Shown: positions 42,303 through 52,803 of the stretch, piece by piece
Numbering within the stretch: position 1 is the first letter of the stretch
Layout of the letters: the number at the start of each line of letters is the position of its first letter
Notes under the pieces: model-generated
What the model saw: the letters and a program-made list of their open reading frames with translations, nothing else
The model's database searches: none
Told to the model about the DNA's origin: nothing
Made by a program: the position numbers and the translations under genes
Source of the DNA: a virus
DNA length: 64,000 nt
Reading direction: 5' to 3' (one strand)
IMG/VR virus record: IMGVR_UViG_3300045988_177309
Location: 32,170 to 96,169 of that record

Positions 42303-43247
42303 ATGGCAACAGAAAAAACTCCATTAAAAATTTATAGAGGTATTAATGGCACTAATACATCAAGTGGTTCTGTACCAGCATTGCAAGCTGGTACTTTAAT
42401 TTTTAATGAAGGACTTGGATTTTTTACTTTAGATGTAAATACCAGTAAAGCAACTGTCTCAGACGCGGCAAAGACATTATTAAACGATACTGTAAACTTT
42501 ATAAACGAAAGTCTTTCTAGTGCTGACAGTTTTAAAATATTAAGTTCTAATGATAATAATAATATAATGCGCTTGCCTTTATTAGCAAGTGGCGCTTTTT
42601 ATGCAACTTATGCAGATCGTGCCACCCAAGCGAATATGGCTAATTATACATAGCTTGGGCAAGAAGATGAATTAAACTCACGTATGCATCATATTGGCAG
42701 TTCTTTTTTACGTACTGGTGCAGAGTATAATTTATTTACAGGTTTTTATAATGCTTTTAATATTAACGGCTCTAATTATTCAGATAATATGGGAGTCTTT
42801 AGTCCAGAATTTGCAGAAGCAATATCTGAAGAACAAAATATCAATTTACCAGTAAAATTTTATAATAGTGTTTATATTTCAAGTGATGTGGCTCAAAGAA
42901 TACCTAATGGTTTAGAGGAAAGTTTATGGACTTTAAATATAATCAATCCAATTTTAAAATTAGGTAGATAGGTTAAATTTGAAACTGGTGGAGATATTAA
43001 GTTAATACCTGAAGAATCAACCGATGATTTATCTATTGTATTAGAAAAATATTTATCAGCTTCATAGCAAGAAAATGGTGAAGAACCTGAGCAAATAGTC
43101 CATATTAATAATTATTATAAAAGTACCTTTATTAAAGGTATTACCACTTCTTCATCTTATATTCCAAATGAAGATTATGATTTAGTAACAGTTGCTTATA
43201 TGCGCGATAATGCTGGCGGCAAGGCCATATTTAGAAGGTGGGCATAA
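42303..43247 (+). CDS. fibre-type protein (~314 aa) with the conserved fibre N-terminal domain; 3 in-frame TAG
   Basis: Frame 0 pieces 42303 and 42684 are joined by TAG. TAA lies at 43245-43247. The N-terminus reads LKIYRG...GTLIFNEGLG. Confidence 0.55.
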
Positions 43248-43250
43248 TTT

Positions 43251-43673
43251 ATGGGTAAAGTTTATTTAGGCGGACAATAGATTAGTGGAATGCACATTCT
43301 TGTAGGCCCCACTAATACACAAGATGCTAATTTAACTGATGCGAAAATGTTGCCTGAAGGTTATAGTGCATACGGTCCCAATGGTAAAGTTGTAGGTACT
43401 GCACATAATATTCAAGCAAATGAAATTACAGCTGCAATGTCGCCTAATGCTGTTAAAAATGGTGATAATTATTATGCGGTATTTAATATTACTATGCCTG
43501 CTGGATATTATGATGGTGGTCCAATAACTGTAAATTCTCTTATAGAGGGATTTAATCCAGCTTCTATACCTTCAACTGTTACATTTTTAGGTATTAAGGG
43601 TACTAAAGTTTATGGAGTTACTGAAACAACAGATAGTAATGGTTATGTAACATTAACTATTACTACAAAGTGA
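43251..43673 (+). CDS. hypothetical protein (~140 aa; 1 in-frame TAG)
   Basis: ATG at 43251; in frame with ORF piece 43290. Confidence 0.45.
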
Positions 43674-43688
43674 TAAAGGAGTGAAATT

Positions 43689-43919
43689 ATGGCTAAAAAT
43701 TATAAGAAAGCGATAATGGATGGAACTGTTTTATTTGATTATAGTGATTCAAATGCAACAGCAAGTGATTTAAGAATAGGAAAAGTGGCCTATGTTAAAG
43801 GTGCTAAAGTAAATGGTTCTATAACTTTTAGAGATGTTTATTTTGGTAATATTACAGAGCCTCCAACAGACATAGGAGAAGTAGGTGACATTTTTATTGT
43901 TACTGAAGCTACTGAATGA
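43689..43919 (+). CDS. hypothetical small protein (76 aa)
   Basis: Intact ORF. Its TGA stop overlaps the next ATG. Confidence 0.4.
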   Translation: MAKNYKKAIMDGTVLFDYSDSNATASDLRIGKVAYVKGAKVNGSITFRDVYFGNITEPPTDIGEVGDIFIVTEATE

Positions 43920-45211
43920 TGGCTGCAATTAAATTAGTTAATGTCGCAACAGTATTTCCAAAAAATCATGATTCAGTTTATTATATTGATAATAAAAACT
44001 ATATAACATTAGAATCTTATGATTTATGTGCTCAAGACTTTAGTATTGAATGATGGGAATATCCTATTGTTAATACTTGCGGCACAAGATTTACATCTAT
44101 CTTTCCTGATGCTTATAATAATGGTAGTGGAGGTTTGTTATTAGGCTCTGTAAGTACAGCTCCTAATATTTAATTATATGGTAGTTATGGAATAGCAAAT
44201 GGTTCTAACTGGACAATTTGGTCTTAGAAAGCTATGACAGCAAATACTCTAAATACTTGGACACATCGTCGTTATGAACGCATAGGTACTGTTATGTATG
44301 AGTATATTAATGGCACAAAGACTAATGTGTATACTTGTAATAATTATGGATTTTGGGCTTCTTCTGCATTTCCGATGGCTATTGGATATTAGGCAAAAGA
44401 TAGTACAAATGTTGGTTCTTATTTTTAGGGCTATATGCAGAATTTCCGCATTCATAAGGGAGCAATAGGCAATGGCACTACTGCACCAATAGATGATTTA
44501 ACTATCCCACAACTGGACGTTACAATTATCGATAAAGGCGAAGGAAATAAATTACCAATACCTAAGAGAGAATATAGCTTTAATGGTGTGTTTTATGAAT
44601 CTGGCGATGGAAATATTATTAATAATAACACTTATATAGCTTATGGCAATGGCGCAGTCACTGATGAAAACAATGTTTTAAATAGTAATTTTCCTTCTTC
44701 ACTTAAATTTGATGGTGAAAATTCTGGCGACGGCTGTTCAGTTGAAATTCCAATAAATTTATCTAAAGATTTTACTATTGAAACCTGGCTAAATGTTTGG
44801 GCAGTCCCAACATAGCCATCAGCTTTATTATCTTTGCAAGATTCTAATAGTACTAATACAGTTACATTATTGCATGGAGTGAATTATGGTACATTATATG
44901 TTGATTCTACTGACAGTAATCGAATAACTATAACACCCAATAACTGGCATCATTATGCCATTATGAAAAAAGGCGATCGAATATCATGGTTTTATGATGG
45001 AGAATTTGTTGATGTCGTTAAACAAATTACTTTGCCTAATACTATTTCAGCTATTTTATCTATTAATGGTAATGGTTTTGGTGATAATTTTACTGTTAGT
45101 AGTTCTGGTATTTATATAAATGATTTATATGTAACCAATAAAGCTATTTATAATGATAATGGTTTTACACCTCCAGAAGAGTACAGAGAACTTATTTTTT
45201 ATGATTTTTAA
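43919..45211 (+). CDS. tandem LamG (concanavalin-A-like lectin) domain protein; its first domain carries in-frame TGA and TAA (possible pseudogene or partly decayed gene)
   Basis: A single frame runs from 43919 to 45211. Two LamG_3-like domains are present. The first reads DFSIE-x-WEYP...WTHRRYERIGTVMYEYINGTK...GYMQNFRIHKG and the second DFTIETWLNV...WHHYAIMKKGDRISWFYDGEFV...IYINDLYVTNKAIY. TGA at ~44051-44053 and TAA at ~44171-44173 lie in-frame inside the first domain. Four in-frame TAG codons are also present. Confidence 0.4.
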
Positions 45212-45213
45212 GC

Positions 45214-45433
45214 TTTAGCTTTATGACGCAGTCTTAACAAAATCTTAACAATTTTTAATATAATTTAACAAAATTTTTATGGGCAAAAAGAATTTATATT
45301 CCTATAAGAACTTTCTTATAAAATAGAGGAAAAAAGACAAATAAATAAACCTTTTTCTTTTTGGCCATATTTGATTAATTCTAAATAAATAAAAATTAAA
45401 TAATACAGAGAGAAAAGGGGGAATAAACTTTTT
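45214..45433 (+). promoter_or_regulatory. largest +strand intergenic region; direct repeats of TTAACAA(AAT) plus a TATAAT box
   Basis: The repeats are tcTTAACAAAATcTTAACAATtttta, then TATAAT, then tTTAACAAAATtttt. No ORF is present. A ribosome-binding site GAAAAGGGGG precedes the ATG at 45434. Confidence 0.35.
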
Positions 45434-46003
45434 ATGGCAAATGATTATACTGATCAATAGGCACAATTAGTTCTTAATATATTAAATAAGTCTAAATATA
45501 ATTAGTTAAGTGAAGGCTCTGCATTAAATGCTAATGAGCTATATTTAGTGCCTGATGACGTATCTGACTTAAATGTTAATGTTGAAAAATGCCAAGTTTA
45601 TTGCCGAGTAAGCATTATCATGGTGCCTAGCACTGCCACAGATACTGAGCTTGTTAGCAAGTTTTTAGCTTTAACCCCTGCTGCTTTTACTGACCCAAAT
45701 GGCAAGTCCAGTTATTTTTTGAAAGGTGGTTCAGGCTTTGGTACTGCGTATACAGCACCAAGTGATAGTAATAAGACTGATAATGACTGTTTTGTTTTAC
45801 AAGGTCGGCAAATAATACTTAGGTATAATGATGCAAAGGGTTTTAGAATTTTTACTTATACTGGAGGCGTATCTTCAACAAGCGAAATCTTTGGCGGTTA
45901 TAGTATCAGTAATCCTCCTCCAATAGCATTAAGAACTGATGAAACTGAATGTTCATTCACTATAGGGACAGACATTGTAGTTTTTATTAAAGTAGATACT
46001 TAA
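45434..46003 (+). CDS. hypothetical protein (~189 aa; 2 in-frame TAG)
   Basis: In frame with ORF piece 45548; TAA at 46001-46003. Confidence 0.5.
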
Positions 46004-46028
46004 AAGCTAAGAAAGGAGAATAGAATTA

Positions 46029-46838
46029 ATGCCTTATACAATTAATACATCTGGTGCTGTTACCAGTTTAACTATAGTAAAATTAAACGCAATTGATTAC
46101 GCACAACGCTCACAACAATCTGGTTTTGATAATGATTTAAGCCGTATCTTTATTGTTGAAGGTGGCGTTGGTGGAGGTAGTTCTTTGGGCGGTGGTGGTT
46201 CTGCGGCCATTGATATAGCAACTACTTCTAAAGCTGGTATAGTCATGGTTCCTGCAAGTGGAGGTCTTGTTGTTGATAGTGATGGCTCGATTGGTATTGG
46301 TGCAAATAAAGTTAGGATCACAAATGCCACAGCTTCTACAAGCACTACTTCTGGCGCCCTTACTGTTTCTGGCGGCGTTGGTGTCGCTGGCAATATATAT
46401 GCTGCAAAAGTATATGGTGCTGTTTGGAATGACTATGCTGAATATCGTGTAAGTAATAAAGAGATAAATCCTGGTCGAGTAGTTTATGAATTAGGTAATG
46501 ATGCAGTAGAGCCCTCTAAAACAAGACTTATGTATGGTTGCTCTATAGTTTCTGATACTTATGGTTTTGCTATTGGTGAAACCAATAAAGCCAAAACTCC
46601 TTTAGCAGTTTCTGGTCGAGTATTAGCATATACTTATGAAAATCGTGATGAATATAGAACACATATTGGTGATTTTGTTTGCTCAGGCCCTAATGGTACA
46701 GTTTCTATTATGACCAAAGAAGAAATTCAAACTCATCCATAGGCAGTGATAGGTTCTATTAGTGCTGTTCCTGATTATGAGTCTTGGGGTAGCAATAATG
46801 TCCTTGTTGATGGTCGAGTTTGGATTAAAGTGAGGTAA
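46029..46838 (+). CDS. Gly-rich fibre-like protein (~269 aa; 1 in-frame TAG)
   Basis: Contains GGVGGGSSLGGGGS tracts and the motif GAVWNDYAEYR. Confidence 0.5.
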
Positions 46839-46845
46839 AAAAAAT

Positions 46846-47244
46846 ATGGATTGGTTAGAATTATTAAACCAAATATTTCAGGTATGCATAATACCTTTGC
46901 TGGGTGTGCTGACAGCTTTCCTAGTAGCTTATATCAATAAGAAAAAAGAGGCTTTAAAGACGCAAGTTGATAATACTTTATATCATAAATATATTGATCT
47001 TTTAAGTCAAACTATTACAGATTGTGTAATAGCGACTAATCAAACTTATGTAGATTCTTTAAAAGCTTCCGGTACTTTTGATATAGAAGCACAAAAGAAA
47101 GCTTTTGAAGATACTTGTAATAATGTATTGGCAATATTAAGTGATGATGCCAAAGAATACTTGTCTATGGCTCTTGGAGATTTACAAACTTATATTGCTA
47201 ATAGGGTTGAAGCAGAAGTTAAGTTAAATAAACCACAATTATAA
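46846..47244 (+). CDS. holin-like small membrane protein (132 aa)
   Basis: Intact ORF. The N-terminal hydrophobic helix IFQVCIIPLLGVLTAFLVAYI is followed by a charged tail. It lies at the end of the virion module. Confidence 0.5.
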   Translation: MDWLELLNQIFQVCIIPLLGVLTAFLVAYINKKKEALKTQVDNTLYHKYIDLLSQTITDCVIATNQTYVDSLKASGTFDIEAQKKAFEDTCNNVLAILSDDAKEYLSMALGDLQTYIANRVEAEVKLNKPQL

Positions 47245-47254
47245 ATAAAAACAA

Positions 47255-47296
47255 AAAGGGGAAACTACCTATACAAATAGGTAGTTTCCCCTTTTA
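47255..47296 (+). terminator. strong rho-independent terminator
   Basis: Stem aaaggggaaactacct / aggtagtttcccctttt, 16 bp, with an 8-nt loop and a T-run. Confidence 0.7.
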
Positions 47297-47455
47297 TTTG
47301 TATACTCTATCTCTATTGAATAGGGTATACTTTAAAAAATTTTACAAAGAAATGCTTGGACAAAGGTAATTAAGATTATTAGTCTTAATTTTCAGATATT
47401 AATGAAGAGTATGGGGACTTTTCATTTTTAAAAATAAAAAGAAAGGATTAATGGT

Positions 47456-47827
47456 ATGCAAACTCAATATACTTATTACCCCTAGTCGCCAACTATGCGA
47501 CCATAGCAAACAGCAATACCAATATAGCAATAGCAACCTTTGTTTTTAAAAGGGCGCCCAGTTGCTTCATTAGAAGAGGTAAGAGCTTTGCCAATCGATT
47601 TTGATGGAACGGTATTCTTTTTCCCCGATTTAGCACATGAGCGAATCTATACTAAATAGATTGGTTTAGATGGCAGTCCATTGTTTAATATGTATGTATT
47701 ACAATAGATACCTTCTGAAACTCCAGCAAACTATGTTACTAGGGAAGAATTTGAAAAAGCTATTGATTCACTAAAATCATCTTTAACTCCAATAGTAGAG
47801 CAAACCGCAGAAGAGTTTAAATTTTAA
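47456..47827 (+). CDS. small protein (~123 aa) with a Gln-rich N-terminus encoded largely by TAG (7 TAG)
   Basis: Ribosome-binding site AAAGGA, then ATG at 47456. The N-terminus decodes as M-Q-T-Q-Y-T-Y-Y-P-Q-S-P-T-M-R-P-Q-Q-T-A-I-P-I-Q-Q-Q-Q-P. Confidence 0.45.
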
Positions 47828-47844
47828 GAAAGGAGACAAAGATC

Positions 47845-48084
47845 ATGCAAGTAAATCCTATGCAATTTATTCAAATGATAAAGGGCGGCCAAAATCCACA
47901 ACAATTAATGATGAATTACATGTAGTCAGAAATAGGGAATACTCCTATGGGCCAGAATTTGTTATAGCTTGCGCAAAACGGTAATACTCAACAAATTGAG
48001 CAAATTGTACGCAACTTAGCCGCACAAAGAGGAGTAGACTTTGATAGTGAATTTAATGCCTTTAAACAGAGTTTAGGGCTTTAA
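47845..48084 (+). CDS. small hypothetical protein (~79 aa; 2 in-frame TAG)
   Basis: Ribosome-binding site AAAGGAGAC, then ATG at 47845. Confidence 0.45.
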
Positions 48085-48115
48085 ATAATATAATATTAAA
48101 GGAGGAACATTTAAT

Positions 48116-48913
48116 ATGTTCAATTATGGTAATGGTTATAGCTTGTCTGATATCGCTGCTGCGAGTGGTAATCGTAATGGCGATGGGTTTAGCGAAGGTA
48201 ATGGCGCTTGGTGGATTATAATACTCTTCCTGTTCTGTTTTATGGGCGGTTGGGGCAATAATCGTAATGGCTGGGGCGGAAATGATTCCGGTGCTGGCAC
48301 AAATGGCGCTTTAACTCGTGACGCTATAACTTATGGGTTTGATATGAATGCTTTAAGCAATCAGATTGCCAACACTCATAATGCAGTAATCAATGCCACA
48401 GAGGCCACAAATAGCGGCGTAAGAGTCTTACAAAATGACCTCTGTGGTATTGGCATGACTAATTTATAGAACACAAATGCAATCACTTCTGCGATTACTA
48501 ACGGCACGTTCTCACTGTCCAATCAGTTACAAAATATGGCCGCAGTTAATGCGCAGTGCTGCTGTGATAATAAAATGCTTGTGTCCTCAAATTTTGCAGA
48601 TCTTAACTACAATCTTGCAACTCAAGCTTGTCAAAATCGTCAAGTTGTTTCTGATAGTACTCGTGATATTATTGATGCGAACAATAATAACACTCGTCAG
48701 ATACTTGACTTCTTAGTCAATGATAAGATTAGTTCTTTAACAGCAGAAAATGCTTCTCTGAAAGGTCAGATCTCTCAGAGCGAACAGAATGCTTATTTGA
48801 TTTCCAAGCTTTCTCCTTCTGCAACTCCTGCTTATATCGTTGCTAATCCTTATACTGGTAATACTTATACAACCTATGGTTGTGGGTATGGCTGTGGTTG
48901 CAATAATAATTAA
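48116..48913 (+). CDS. membrane-anchored protein (~265 aa) with a Gly/Asn-rich N-terminus and a Cys/Gly-rich C-terminus; 1 in-frame TAG
   Basis: Ribosome-binding site AAAGGAGG. A transmembrane segment AWWIIILFLFCFMGGWG is present. Pieces 48116 and 48536 are in one frame, joined by the TAG at 48467. Confidence 0.5.
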
Positions 48914-48932
48914 AGAAAGAGGTTAAAAAATT

Positions 48933-49352
48933 ATGGAGATAACAGCGAATGCTTTATAGTCAGTTAATTCTGGCTCTAATGTAGTGTTTACTGATACTGC
49001 TGTATCTGGTAATTGCTCAATAATCTATCGCGAAGGTAGTGGGCTAGTTACTTTAAAAGGCGCGACTAATCAAAGACGCGCTCGTTTTAAAATTTCTTTT
49101 GGCGCTAACATTGCGATTCCTACTGGTGGAACAGTTGGTGCTATTTCATTAGCTCTTGCAATCAATGGTGAGCCTGTTTAGGCCACTCAAATGATTCAAA
49201 CTCCTGCAGCAGTTGCTGAATTCAGTAACGTATCACGCACTCTGTTTTTAGATGTGTTAAGTGGATGTTGCACTCAAATTAGTATAGAAAATACTAGTAC
49301 TGGAACAATCTCTGTTCAAAATGCGAATTTAATTGTTGAGCGTGTTGCTTAA
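48933..49352 (+). CDS. hypothetical protein (~139 aa; 2 in-frame TAG)
   Basis: ATG at 48933 in frame with ORF piece 48984; TAA at 49350-49352. Confidence 0.45.
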
Positions 49353-49369
49353 TAAAGGAGGTCTTATTT

Positions 49370-49810
49370 GTGGATTGTTTAGAAAAAATGAGAGATACCT
49401 TTATAGAACAAGTTCAAGCGCAATTAGGGCATTTAGAATGCGTTGATACTAAAGAAATGGGCGAAGTAATAGATATTATAAAAGATTTAGAAGAAGCTAT
49501 TTATTACTGCACCATTACTAAAGCAATGCAGGAAAAAGACGAAAATGAAATGTATTATTATACTGAACATGAACATCTACGGACTTAGACAAGGGATAAA
49601 CGCGAAGGAGCTAGTCCCTTATCCCGAAAACACTACCTTGAAGTAAAATCTATGAATGCCGACAAAGTTACACAAGTAAAAGAATTAGAAAAATATATGA
49701 ATGAACTCACTAGCGACATAGTAGAAATGATTCAAGATGCTTCTCCAGAAGAGAAACAATTATTGCATAAAAAAATGTAGATGTTAACTTCCAAGATTGA
49801 ATAGATCTAA
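49370..49810 (+). CDS. hypothetical coiled-coil protein (~146 aa; 3 in-frame TAG)
   Basis: GTG start after the ribosome-binding site AAAGGAGG. Confidence 0.45.
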
Positions 49811-50125
49811 GTGATTAAAATAAATGGGGAGAGATGGATAATTAAGTTCGTCTCTCCTTATCATCCAAAATTAAAAACTCCTAATCATTCTTACACTCTT
49901 GGATCTTGTGATAATATTACATAGACTATTTATATTAATGAATACATAGCTCCTAACCAAATAATAAAAGTTCTCCGTCACGAACTTACACATGCGGTAT
50001 TCAAAAGCTATAATATTCGACTAGAACCAAAAATAAAAGAAGAGGTTGCTGATTTTATAGCGACTTATAATGATGTTATAACAGAAAAATTAAATGAGAT
50101 ATTAAAAGAAGAGGGTATAGTATAA
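49811..50125 (+). CDS. small HExxH-motif protein (~104 aa), a putative Zn-metallopeptidase-like protein; 1 in-frame TAG
   Basis: GTG start. Contains the motif VLRHELTHAV. Confidence 0.4.
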
Positions 50126-50146
50126 ATTACTATACCCTTTTTTTTA
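50113..50146. terminator. bidirectional rho-independent terminator where the + strand late module and the - strand module converge
   Basis: Stem gggtatagta / tactataccc flanked by TTTTTTTT. Confidence 0.6.
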
Positions 50147-50648
50147 TTTTAAAAATGAAATTGAAGAGGTCTAGTCTTGATATTTTTCTTTTACTATTTC
50201 AAAGTTTCTATCTCCATCGTGATTTCCTCCAAGACTATTATATATTTCATGTTCTTTAGAAATATTCTAAAATTCATCATAAGTAATAATATGACTTGGA
50301 TCTAATAAAATTCGGCAATTAGCTATAAAATTTTTTTTATACATACTTAATAGACCAGATTTTATTTTTTTTAATTCTGCGACAGTAACTTCAACCTTTT
50401 CATCTAAAATTTTTCTTTTAGTATTCGAAGCTTCAATATGGATTTGTAATTTTTCTAAAAGATCTTTATTACCAACAGTAATTGCATCTGCTATTTTTTC
50501 ATCAATATTAGTTAATTCGACATTATGCTGGCGCTATTTTTCAGCTTTATATAAACTATAATAATGTTTAGCTAAACTACTAACCCCTAAAGCAATTAAG
50601 CCAAATACTACTTCTAGCCAATATTTTACTATAAAATCAATCAAAGGT
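50144..50648 (-). CDS. membrane protein (~167 aa; 3 in-frame TAG)
   Basis: TTG start after AAAGAAAGGAG. An N-terminal transmembrane helix IVKYWLEVVFGLIALGVSSLA is present. Confidence 0.45.
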
Positions 50649-50726
50649 AGCACTCCTTTCTTTAAAAGCTCTCCGTCATTTACTTTTAAAGTTAAAGTGT
50701 TTTGATTAATATATATCGGCCAAAGC

Positions 50727-51224
50727 TTATTCCCAGATTAGCATTTGCTTACTATGTTTAATGCCGTATTCACCAATACAAATAGCATCACAAGCGTCTT
50801 GTGCAACTTTTATATTATATTTATTCTATATATATAACTAAGCATTTTTCTTTTGAGTTGCACGATCACGCCCCTTAATGCCACAAAGAGATTTCCAGGA
50901 GCTGGCAGAAATTATTTGATAAGGTATATTAATTTCAGTGCATAATTCTTCTAGTACGCCAAAAACTTCTGCTAGCTTTTGGAAGGTATCAACATTTGCA
51001 ATTTTTGTTTCACGATTTTCCTATAACTGTATATCTTCGAAAGCTATTTCATTAATTTCATATTCTTCAATTAATGAAAGAACTTTTTTTCTAATTTTAA
51101 CTAAGCGATCTCCCATTTCATTATCAGCAAATGTAAAAGTACCAACTTTATATAATTGCTAATTTTTAAAAACCGCATAACCTGTCGTTCGTGTAGCCTA
51201 ATCTAATGCTAAAAGATTACCCAT
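50727..51224 (-). CDS. ruvC: RuvC-like Holliday-junction resolvase (~165 aa; 5 in-frame TAG)
   Basis: Decodes as MGNLLALD-Q-ATRTTGYAVF... The ATG overlaps the dut stop (ATGGGTAA). The ORF track shows only spurious fragments here because of the TAG codons. Confidence 0.65.
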
Positions 51225-51762
51225 TCACTGAGGTACTACCGAAGCCACCCCCCCGTGAAGTTGTCACATTATCATCAGTGACAGTATCATAGGTGCAAAT
51301 AATGCCTTGGCAAATTTTATCTCCACGTTTTATTTGAATAGGAAATGGACTAAAATTAATCACTTGGAAAAATACCTCGCCTTCATTACTCTCATTATCT
51401 ACGTAATCAGCATCAATAATACCGACTGAATTAGCGCAAACAAGCCAGTATTTAAGAGGAGAAGAACTGCGCGATACTAATTTTAAATATTGATTAGAAT
51501 TTAAATATACTTTAACACCTGTGGAAATTAAAGTGGGTTTAAGCCCACTTTGTTTAGTCCAACAAGTAATATTGTCTAGGCTAAGAACTTTTGATTGCGG
51601 AAAATCTTTATATCCGCGGATCATATCTATATAAGGTTGAATAACATAATCCTCAGCTGCAACCATATCATAGCCTGCGCTTTGAGCCGTAGCACGCTTA
51701 GGAATTAAATCATTTTGACCCTAATATTTTTTTACGGTTTCAAACCTTACTTTTGAGGTCAT
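51217..51762 (-). CDS. dut: dUTP diphosphatase (~181 aa; 1 in-frame TAG)
   Basis: ORF 51217..51666 extends upstream through a TAG to the ATG at ~51762, with ribosome-binding site GAGGTGGAATA. Contains dUTPase motifs RSS...GIIDADY and RGGGFGSTS. Confidence 0.75.
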
Positions 51763-52004
51763 TATTCCACCTCATAAATTATATTTACCGTAGTTTCAGG
51801 CTCTTTTTCAAGATTAAAACTCTTTTTTACAGTTACAAGCTGATACTCATCAATTATTTCACCATGATCTTTAATGGGCTTAGTCTTATACCCAAAAGAA
51901 CTCAAAGTAAAACTGGAATCGTTTTTGAGTTCTTCATGAAAAGCTTCAACTTCATTTACTGTATCTATTCTATAAACATCGGTACTTGATATAAGATATT
52001 TCAT
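51762..52004 (-). CDS. hypothetical protein (80 aa)
   Basis: Intact ORF. Confidence 0.4.
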   Translation of the reverse strand: MKYLISSTDVYRIDTVNEVEAFHEELKNDSSFTLSSFGYKTKPIKDHGEIIDEYQLVTVKKSFNLEKEPETTVNIIYEVE

Positions 52005-52005
52005 A

Positions 52006-52260
52006 TTAATTTATTTTAACCTCTAAATTATTATAGTTATATTCTGTTTTTGCTAAATCTATTAAACCTTCAGCAAATGTTTCACAATAAGGCTCCGCGC
52101 CAATAAGATGAACTTTATTGTCATTATATTTATCAACTGCGTACATAATTGCAGCCATACAATCGTCTGTTGAAGAAGTCGCAATGGGGTCTTGCTTATT
52201 TCCATCAACATGAAGAATATGATGATTATAAGTAAATAAATCCATAGTACAAACTATCAT
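52006..52260 (-). CDS. hypothetical protein (84 aa)
   Basis: Intact ORF with ribosome-binding site GGAGGTTTAAAATAAT. Confidence 0.45.
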   Translation of the reverse strand: MIVCTMDLFTYNHHILHVDGNKQDPIATSSTDDCMAAIMYAVDKYNDNKVHLIGAEPYCETFAEGLIDLAKTEYNYNNLEVKIN

Positions 52261-52261
52261 A

Positions 52262-52795
52262 TTATTTTAAACCTCCAAATGCAATAATACCTCTATCATA
52301 AGGGAATAAATAGCCGCAAACAATTTCATCATTATAATTTTTAATCCATATTTCAAGAAGGCCAGGCATAGTACATTCATCTATTACTTTTACCTCTTGG
52401 GCAATATCAATAAGACATTCTGCAATTGAGTCAGAAAGATTTTCATTATAATAAAAAGTGTCTTTCCGTCGTGCAAAAATAAAATCACTTATAAAAAGTG
52501 TATAATATTCCATCTCTTTAAACAAAAGCATATAGGTCTTATCTTTTTCATTGAACTTTGAAATAGCCTCACCTAATTTTCCTTTTATTTCTTCTGGAGT
52601 CAGCGAAGGTAATTGTGAAATTATTTGTTTATTCATATCATATATTGAAAAAGAAAGCGTCGCATCATTATCTATTTCTATCCAGTTATTATTTTGTTCA
52701 TTCCAAATATAATAAGCATCAGTTTCTTTACAATAAACTTGATGTGATTTATCAGCAGTTTCCAATTCTTTTAAAGTGTCAATTTGCGGCACCAT
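52262..52795 (-). CDS. hypothetical protein (177 aa)
   Basis: Intact ORF with no TAG. Confidence 0.45.
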   Translation of the reverse strand: MVPQIDTLKELETADKSHQVYCKETDAYYIWNEQNNNWIEIDNDATLSFSIYDMNKQIISQLPSLTPEEIKGKLGEAISKFNEKDKTYMLLFKEMEYYTLFISDFIFARRKDTFYYNENLSDSIAECLIDIAQEVKVIDECTMPGLLEIWIKNYNDEIVCGYLFPYDRGIIAFGGLK

Positions 52796-52803
52796 ATTAA
52801 ATT

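Noticed and set aside
47300-47455. Searched the non-coding stretches (47300-47455, 45214-45433, 61761-61830, 10478-10599) for a suppressor tRNA or other tRNA genes.
   Set aside because: No segment with a T-loop GTTCRA consensus, acceptor-stem pairing or cloverleaf geometry was found by eye. A tRNA scan of the whole genome is still needed.
48116-48140. A YGNG(Y) motif resembling class IIa bacteriocin leaders.
   Set aside because: There is no double-glycine leader, no conserved cysteine spacing and no immunity or transport genes. The resemblance is judged coincidental.
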